From NCBI GenBank assembly GCA_010093605.1, contig MU004185.1, positions 579,334 to 643,333 on the forward strand: DNA of 64,000 bases. The letters run 5' to 3'. The position numbers and the translations under genes were made by a program. This DNA comes from Lophium mytilinum (Eukaryota). Of the stretch, positions 56,999 to 64,000 are shown in pieces (position 1 is the stretch's first letter; each line of letters opens with the position of its first letter). The notes beneath the pieces are model-generated. The model saw only the letters and a program-made list of their open reading frames with translations, did no database searches and was not told the DNA's origin.

Positions 56999-57945
56999 CA
57001 GCATCTGAACAGCAAATCTATTTGTTTAGGGACTCGGACAGCATGAAGAATGCCATAGGTCGACGGCCCAGTCCTGCAGTTCGAGACCAAAGCTGCGGTA
57101 TCCATCATGCAAGTCTCGAGATCCGTTGATTCTCCACTCGCCCACCGCCATTTCCATATACTTGATTCTCACAAGACCCAGCTTTATCCAAATGATCGAG
57201 TCCATAGTATCCCTCAGGCGCAGTTGGTGTTCGCAACTATACAGCCAAGTATCTTCCCAGACTCGACTTTGTGACGACGTCGCGACAGCCCCCCTGCCTA
57301 AAGACGTACCCAGTGGATGTATCGCATATCTTCGAGCAGGTTTCGGAGGACTGGGCGGCGCCGTAGGTAGGGGCTTTAGAAGTCTGCGAGGATTTGTGGA
57401 TCTTGCATAGGAGGGTTGGCTCTCGCCTGCGTCATTGCCATGAGCAGCAAGACGATTTGGTGGTAAAATCTCGCGATCAACAGTCTGAAGAGGTGTCTCG
57501 ATAGCCAGTGTAGCGGTTTGTAGCGGCCGGAGGTGGATAGAGATGGTACTTTGCTGCGTGGGGCATCTTTGGAGAGGTGAAGCGTTGGCCGCCGTACGTC
57601 AAGAAGCCGAAGTCACGTGTAATCTAACTACTCAGGAACTTGAAAGATAAATTTCATCATAGGATGTTTTCACGTTTAGCTGAGCGGTGCCTCATTGCGC
57701 GGTGGCAGATTATGGGCGTTTGTAGATCAGTGTCACTTTCTGGCCGAAATGAATAGAAACCCTTGACAGGGTCCAGCCAATTTGGGCAGCTTGTGCCTTT
57801 ATTCCCCCTGAAAAGCGCTGAGACATCTCAAGCATCAGAGTTTGGTCAGATCAAGCTCACAGTAGGCTCTCACCACCTCAGTTCTGATGTGGTACGATAT
57901 TCAATTAAGTATTGATCCGAAGATGGACGATATCCTATAAACTAC

Positions 57946-60894
57946 TCAGAAACCACGACCCATCCTCGGAGTCATTGGCCGCTTCACAGTGCCCTGCGTG
58001 GTGATTCTTCGTACCGCAGATGTCACCGGCCTCTTAACAGCTGGCCCCATCTCCTCCTTCGCCAGCCGCTGCGCTTCTCGTTCCTTGTCTTCAGCAAATT
58101 GGGCTTCCAACTCGGCCTTGCGGTTGAATTCCATCTCCGTGACCTTCTTATCACGAGCCGAGTAGCCCTTCTCTTTGACCGAGTAAAAGACAGCACCCAA
58201 GTCTGCTAACCAATGAGGATCAACAGATGTAACGCAGGACATGTACTCCTTGGAGGTCAAAATGAGCTCGTGATATATCACGTAGTCGGGTAGGTAGCCG
58301 AGTCCATATAGGGCGCTAGTAGGATGTAGCTGGATCGTTACACTCGTGCGTAAGTTGATGTATTCACCGATGCCCTTCACCTTTGCGGCCTGGTGGTAGT
58401 AGCCGGAGCAGATGCATTTTCTAATGACATCCCAGTCTGTTCCGCAGCTTGTGAACTGCATCTTATGCATCTTCATGATATCCTGGAGTTGGTCCCGAAT
58501 CTCTTTCGCTCGGCGGAGAGCCTTCGGATGAAGGAAGTGCTTAATGCACCAGCCGTCGGAATAGCCATTTATCTTCCATTGGGTGTAGACATGAAGGAGG
58601 GTTAGATGATCAGATTCTGGAACGAAAAACTTTTCCCGCGCTGCGTCAGACTCCTCTTGTCGTTCTTTGGGGCGATAGAAGACGCTTGGTACCGATAGCA
58701 TTGATACTATGGTAAGCATTTCCTCGCTACATCCGTAATCCTCCGATGTGATGATGAGTTTGGCCAATGATGGATCCATGGGAAAGGCGGTCATGGTCTT
58801 TCCTAAAGGCGTAAGTTCGCCTATATTATCGAGAGCACCGAGAGCCCATAAATCAAACAGCGAAGTTGTGATGGTATCTTGCGGTGGGGGATCCATAAAG
58901 TCGAAGTCGAGTAGGTCCTTCACACCGAGTGACTTGAGAAGAAGGACAGTATTGGCGAGATTAGTCCTTTGAATCTCGGGTATCGTTTGAATATAAAATT
59001 CGTCTCGGAACGCCCTTTCCGTATATAGATGGAAACATTTCCCGGGTCCAGTTCTACCAGCTCGTCCAGCTCTTTGGGAAGCATTTGCCTGTGATATCGG
59101 GGTGATCTGTAGAGTGTCCATTCCCATGCGAGGATTATAGACTTTGAGCTTCGAAAACCCTGCATCCACAACGTACATGATGCCATCAACCGTCAAACTC
59201 GTCTCGGCGATATTGGTGGCTACGATGACTTTTCGTACGCCGGGAGCCGCACGTTCGAAAATCTTCGCCTGCAGGTCTGCCGGCATTTGACTGTATATGG
59301 GAAGGATACTGAGTTTCGGGGGGTCGTTCAAGAGCTTCAACCGCTCCGCGACCAGCTCACAGGTAATCTCGATATCTTCCTGACCAGTCATGAAAACAAG
59401 AATGTCTCCAGCGCCTTGTGATACGTGAATCGCAAGTACTTGCTTGACTGCGCTATCAACGTAGTCTTCGCATGGGGAACGTGAGAATTGTATGTCGACA
59501 GGAAAGGTCCGTCCTGGTATGAAGAACTCGGGTGCTCCTCCATAAAATCTTGAAAATCGTTCAGCGTTCATAGTCGCCGATGTGACGATGAGCTTAAGAT
59601 CTCTTCGACGAGCAAGGACTTTCTTGATCAGTCCCATAAGCACGTCGGTGTTCAAAGCCCTCTCGTGAGCTTCGTCCATGATGATGCACGAGTATTTGTC
59701 TAAATCGGCTTCCACCAGCGATTCTCGAAGAAGCACACCATCTGTCATGTATTTGATGGCAGTCTCCTTGCTGGTGCAGTCCTCAAATCGAATAGCGTAC
59801 CCCACGAGACCGCCCAGTCTAACTTCCATCTCTTCACTGACACGCTTAGCAACACTCATCGCAGCAACACGGCGGGGTTGTGTGCACCCTATCATCCCAA
59901 GTTTAGAATAACCATCTTCGTAGAGAAACTGAGTGAGTTGAGTTGTTTTCCCGGACCCTGTCTGGCCCACTACAATGATGACTTGATTGTCACGGATGAC
60001 TCGAAGGAGTTCTTCTCGAACCGCGAAGGCTGGAAGATATTCGCGTTGTTCTCGAAGAGTTTTGCTTCTGCTGAAGTTACTCTGGCCTTCGTTCTGCTTC
60101 AAATGAGACGCGAATTTGCTCCCCCCATTCTTCTCATCTTCCCCTGGTATCGGCGCGGCGCTATCGCCCTCGTCTTCTTTGATGCCCATGACATTTCCCA
60201 AAGCAGTACCGGCCACATTGGTAGCTTCTTGAGCTTGCTTCTGCCGTTCCTTTTGCTGTCTCTTTTCCTTGACGACTTTGCTGCCCTTCCGGCTGAAAAC
60301 TGCCATATCACTCTGCGGGTCTCTCACCGCAGAGATTGGGTCTAGCTGCTTCGTGAAGACCTTCCGTCCATCCAAAAAGGGTGGTTTGAGATCGTGTACT
60401 AAGAGATGAACACGAGTAGCCTCTTCATCGTCGTCGAAGTCGGCGTCAAAGTCTCGGCGTTGAGCAACTCCAGACGTGAGCATGCGATTTGTCTCCCACG
60501 CATCCACATCCTTCTGTTTCTGTACCGACCGGGCGGTCATCCGGTGATTCTTTTTCTTGTCGGCCATGGCGGCTTCCCGCTGTTGCTCCAGCCATGTGTT
60601 GTCAGCCGCTCCGAAAGGGTTATGGGTATCGTCCCCGAAGGTATGCCCGTTCTCTTCTCCTCCATACCAATCCCGATCCAGAGCCGCCGTATCCTCTTCA
60701 TCTATCATGGGCTCGCTGCCTTCAAAGGTCTTTTGGTGAGGCGTGGAAGCGCTGCTGGAAATCCTTGGAGTATGCGCGCGTGAGGATGCGGCAGAGTCTC
60801 GATGTCTGTCAGTCTTCGAGGTCCATGGTCGCGGGCGTACTGAGAAGTGGTCGGAGTCGAGCCTTCGCCTCTTGGGGCTATCCTCGCGACCCAT
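57946..60894 (-). CDS. PRP16: Pre-mRNA splicing DEAH-box RNA helicase, 982 aa, single exon
   Basis: [54 protein letters not shown]; Prp16-type N-terminus [29 protein letters not shown]. Confidence 0.95.
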   Translation of the reverse strand: MGREDSPKRRRLDSDHFSVRPRPWTSKTDRHRDSAASSRAHTPRISSSASTPHQKTFEGSEPMIDEEDTAALDRDWYGGEENGHTFGDDTHNPFGAADNTWLEQQREAAMADKKKNHRMTARSVQKQKDVDAWETNRMLTSGVAQRRDFDADFDDDEEATRVHLLVHDLKPPFLDGRKVFTKQLDPISAVRDPQSDMAVFSRKGSKVVKEKRQQKERQKQAQEATNVAGTALGNVMGIKEDEGDSAAPIPGEDEKNGGSKFASHLKQNEGQSNFSRSKTLREQREYLPAFAVREELLRVIRDNQVIIVVGQTGSGKTTQLTQFLYEDGYSKLGMIGCTQPRRVAAMSVAKRVSEEMEVRLGGLVGYAIRFEDCTSKETAIKYMTDGVLLRESLVEADLDKYSCIIMDEAHERALNTDVLMGLIKKVLARRRDLKLIVTSATMNAERFSRFYGGAPEFFIPGRTFPVDIQFSRSPCEDYVDSAVKQVLAIHVSQGAGDILVFMTGQEDIEITCELVAERLKLLNDPPKLSILPIYSQMPADLQAKIFERAAPGVRKVIVATNIAETSLTVDGIMYVVDAGFSKLKVYNPRMGMDTLQITPISQANASQRAGRAGRTGPGKCFHLYTERAFRDEFYIQTIPEIQRTNLANTVLLLKSLGVKDLLDFDFMDPPPQDTITTSLFDLWALGALDNIGELTPLGKTMTAFPMDPSLAKLIITSEDYGCSEEMLTIVSMLSVPSVFYRPKERQEESDAAREKFFVPESDHLTLLHVYTQWKINGYSDGWCIKHFLHPKALRRAKEIRDQLQDIMKMHKMQFTSCGTDWDVIRKCICSGYYHQAAKVKGIGEYINLRTSVTIQLHPTSALYGLGYLPDYVIYHELILTSKEYMSCVTSVDPHWLADLGAVFYSVKEKGYSARDKKVTEMEFNRKAELEAQFAEDKEREAQRLAKEEMGPAVKRPVTSAVRRITTQGTVKRPMTPRMGRGF

Positions 60895-61086
60895 GATGGT
60901 TCCAGTGGGTACAGATGTTTAGAAAAGTCCAATGTTGTGGTGTCTATGCGGCGGTGAAGTTGCCTCGATCGTTGCCAAGCAAATGGATGGAATAAATAGT
61001 GGGGCAAGAAGCGCGCCTCAAATTATTTTTTGGCGGGATAATTCATCATCGCAGCACACCCCTCCACAGTGGAGACACCTTTCAAC
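60895..61086. promoter_or_regulatory. Short divergent promoter between PRP16 and PWP1
   Basis: Head-to-head start codons 192 bp apart; contains an A/T tract next to GGCGGG (61020-61038). Confidence 0.55.
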
Positions 61087-62835
61087 ATGTCTATGATAAC
61101 AGCTACTACCTGGGTGCCCCGTGGATTCGCGGCGCCCTTTCCGAATAAATTTGTGTTCGACGAGGAAGAATACGAGCGGATAGCAAAGCTCGCCGAATTA
61201 CAGATAGAAGACGCAAGAGAGGACCTTGAAGAAGCCCAAAAAGCTGAGAACGAGGGCACGGAGAAAGGTGACACAAGTTCTAAGCCCCCAAAGTCTACAG
61301 GTTCAACAAAAGAATCCAAGTCGCACGAGTATGTTCCTCTCACGGTATCTATTTTGGCCTTTCTAATTTTATCGTTGCAGGGTGGAAGATGACGACCTCA
61401 AAGAGTACGACCTCGAGCACTACGACGACGATGATGATAAGAATCAAGAAGGCGGCATGGACACAATGGCTATGTTTGGCAATGCTGGAAATCTGAAATC
61501 CTTGGTGTATCACGAATCAAACGACGAGGATCCGTACATCACGATGCCAGGCCAGGATGATGACGAAGATGACGACCGAGAAGACTTGCAAATCCTTGCG
61601 ACAGACAATCTTGTTCTAGCCGCGAGGATAGAAGACGAGGTGGCTCATTTGGAGGTCTACGTGTATGAGGACGAGGCAGATAATTTATACGTTCACCACG
61701 ACATAATGCTCCCAGCAATCCCGCTAGCTGTAGAGTGGGTAAATCTACCAGTCGGTAAGCCCGATGGCAGTAAAGATGGGCAGGGAAATACCGTTGCTAT
61801 CGGCACCATGGACCCAGACATCGAACTGTGGGATCTTGACACAGTCGATTGCATGTACCCCAATGCGGTTCTTGGACAGGGCGCTCAAGACGGGAACAAG
61901 GCTGACAACCCGAAAAAGAAGCGGAAGAAGAAGTCGAAGAAGGTCAATGATGACTACCACGTAGACGCCGTGCTATCACTAGCTGCGAACCGACACCATC
62001 GCAATCTGCTAGCTTCGGCCTCAGCAGATAAGACGGTGAAGCTATGGGATCTTAACACTGCGAAATGCGCAAAGTCATACTCATATCATACTGACAAGGT
62101 CTGCTCGTTAGCATGGCATCCGAAAGAATCTACGGTTCTATTGAGTGGCAGTTACGACAGGACGGTAGTAGCAGCGGATATGCGAGCTCCAGACGCAAAA
62201 GCACCACGATGGGGGGTCGAAAGCGATGTTGAGACCGTTAGGTGGGATCCTCATGATCCGAACTTCTTCTATGTATGAAAGCTACTTGCTCATTTGATCT
62301 AATCATGCTGACATGCATATAGGTTTCCACTGAAAACGGTGTTATACATTACCACGACGCCAGACTAGCTCCAACACAGCCATCTAAAAGCAAGCCAATC
62401 TGGACATTGCAGGCACACGACGAATCGATATCATCATTTGATATCAACCCGATCATACCGGGTTTCTTAGCTACTGGATCCACGGACAAAACAGTCAAGC
62501 TGTGGAACATTCAAGCCAGTGGACCTTCTATGGTGGTTTCACGCAACTTGGACGTTGGCAAAGTCTTCTCAACAACTTTTGGACCCGATAAGGAGGTAGG
62601 TTTCAGGCTTGCTGTGGCTGGAAGCAAAGGCTCGGTGCAAATTTGGGATACTTCGACCAACGCGGCTGTCCGGGCTGCATTCGCAACCAAGATTGCTCCG
62701 GCAAACGGAGAAGTAAAGGAGCGACTGGTTGGACTTCAGGAAGAGGAGACTGATTCGGATTCGGAAGAGGGCGAAGACGAAGAGGCTAGTGGAGAGGAAG
62801 CAGGAGCAGAGGGATGGGAATCAATGGAAGAATGA
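61087..62835 (+). CDS. PWP1: Periodic tryptophan protein 1, WD40 ribosome-biogenesis factor (exons 61087-61328, 61381-62272, 62323-62835)
   Basis: MSMITATTWVPRGFAAPFP; DDDLKEYDLEHYD; NLYVHHDIMLPAIPLAVEW; WD repeats LASASADKTVKLWD, LLSGSYDRTV, LATGSTDKTVKLWN; acidic tail. Confidence 0.93.
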
Positions 62836-64000
62836 GTACTTCGAGACTTGCAAGCTCGTTGTCAAAGAGCAGGCGCTGCCTTTCAGTCGACCTCGTCTCA
62901 CTTCTTTGTATCAGTTAGGCTACAATACCCTCGCCGTTGCGAATAGCGACCAAAAGTAAATCAGAAACTCCAGCCGCGTGCTGCGTCTCATGGACAACTT
63001 GGACCCAGACTGTCTGCCTTGCTCCGCCGGTGAATGATGGTGTTGGATATTGATGAATCGTAACCTATCACCAGCTCCGCCACTGGTGCCGCCGAGGCTG
63101 GTGCACTTGTACACATACCAAGATAGCAGCTTTTTAGCATGAGTTATAACTAATCATCTTCTACAGAGGCGAAGTCAAGAGGCGCTTAGGTTGCAAAGCG
63201 CATGCAGATGGCATGGGCTGGTAGGTCAGACGGCAGCCGGCAGTTCTCAAGATAGGCTTTGACGCTGTTCGATTTCCAGGGCTACTTCGACGCATGTTCG
63301 GTAGCACGGCGGCTAAAAGTAGGGACTGCTGCAGAGCGTTTCGAAACAGCCCTCGTACCGAGAAACTGTGATGGAATCTCGCCCAGCACCCAGCATGCCG
63401 TGAGAGTCAGATCAGCCAATCCACGAGTGGTAAGAAACACATTGGAGCCAAATAAGTCTGAGGTGCTGGTGACGCAGCGTGGAAAGACGGACGGAGGGCC
63501 GTCCATGGATGCAGTCTTCCAGGTCCATACTGCTGTGCATGGAGTGCGAATGATAGCTGTCCGGTGGTCTTCAGCCATGGTTCCCATCGCCCACGCCGCC
63601 TCTCTCCCATTCCACCCCAACACTGGGCGCTCCACGTGCTTGAGGGCGGACCTGAGGCTTTGCAGCATGGCGCGTCGACTGGTGACGGTGGCCGTGAACA
63701 GGCTGTTTCGCTCAAGTCGAAACAGCGCAGTGTTTGCTGCACCACCGGCAGGGGACAGGACAGGGCCCCCGGGCCGTCTGTAACGTGCTGGCGTGCCCTG
63801 GTACGCTCGGCACTGCCGCCGTGGGGCGGTGATTGGGTGTGCTCACGGCGTAGGAGGCGAACTAAAGGGCGCTTTGAGCTGGACGTGGCCCGCTTTGTGC
63901 TCTTGTCCTCCACTCTAGGCGACGCAGCGGGTCACTAGCTCGACTGGGTTTTGCCATCCCCTTCTTCCTCTTCAAGAACCATACCCTCCTCCTCCCACGG

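Noticed and set aside
63259..64000. Several overlapping 120-175 aa ORFs at the right edge
   Set aside because: No recognisable domain, mutually overlapping and GC-rich; cannot be resolved without the next window.
1..64000. tRNA, 5S rRNA, snRNA, RNase P/MRP and SRP RNA genes
   Set aside because: Spot checks of GTTCGA-type and other hallmark motifs gave no supporting stems; a covariance-model scan is needed to exclude them.

Overview
Eukaryotic DNA from a filamentous ascomycete (Pezizomycotina; class not determinable from sequence alone), with short GT-AG introns carrying CTRAY-type branch points. About 18 protein-coding genes can be supported: a partial PPR-like gene, a secreted flavin amine oxidase, a San1-type RING protein, an MDR-family dehydrogenase, a stand-alone fungal STAND N-terminal (HeLo-like/SesA-type) protein, four C2H2 zinc-finger genes, EMC3, SPC2, two hypothetical proteins, STT3, a subtilisin, VPS10, a PWWP protein, PRP16 and PWP1. 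The most notable structure is a ~21-kb block with four zinc-finger genes that share a distinctive finger array, interleaved with or next to ER protein-biogenesis genes (EMC3, SPC2, STT3). Other notable items are a 265-bp MITE-like element with 36-bp perfect inverted repeats and a 5-bp target-site duplication, a perfect (CCCATTACT)16 array, a 33-nt micro-intron containing a single in-frame UAG, and a degenerate ~97-bp tandem repeat behind the HeLo-like gene. No rRNA, tRNA or CRISPR array was recognised. All calls are by eye; no database searches were run.
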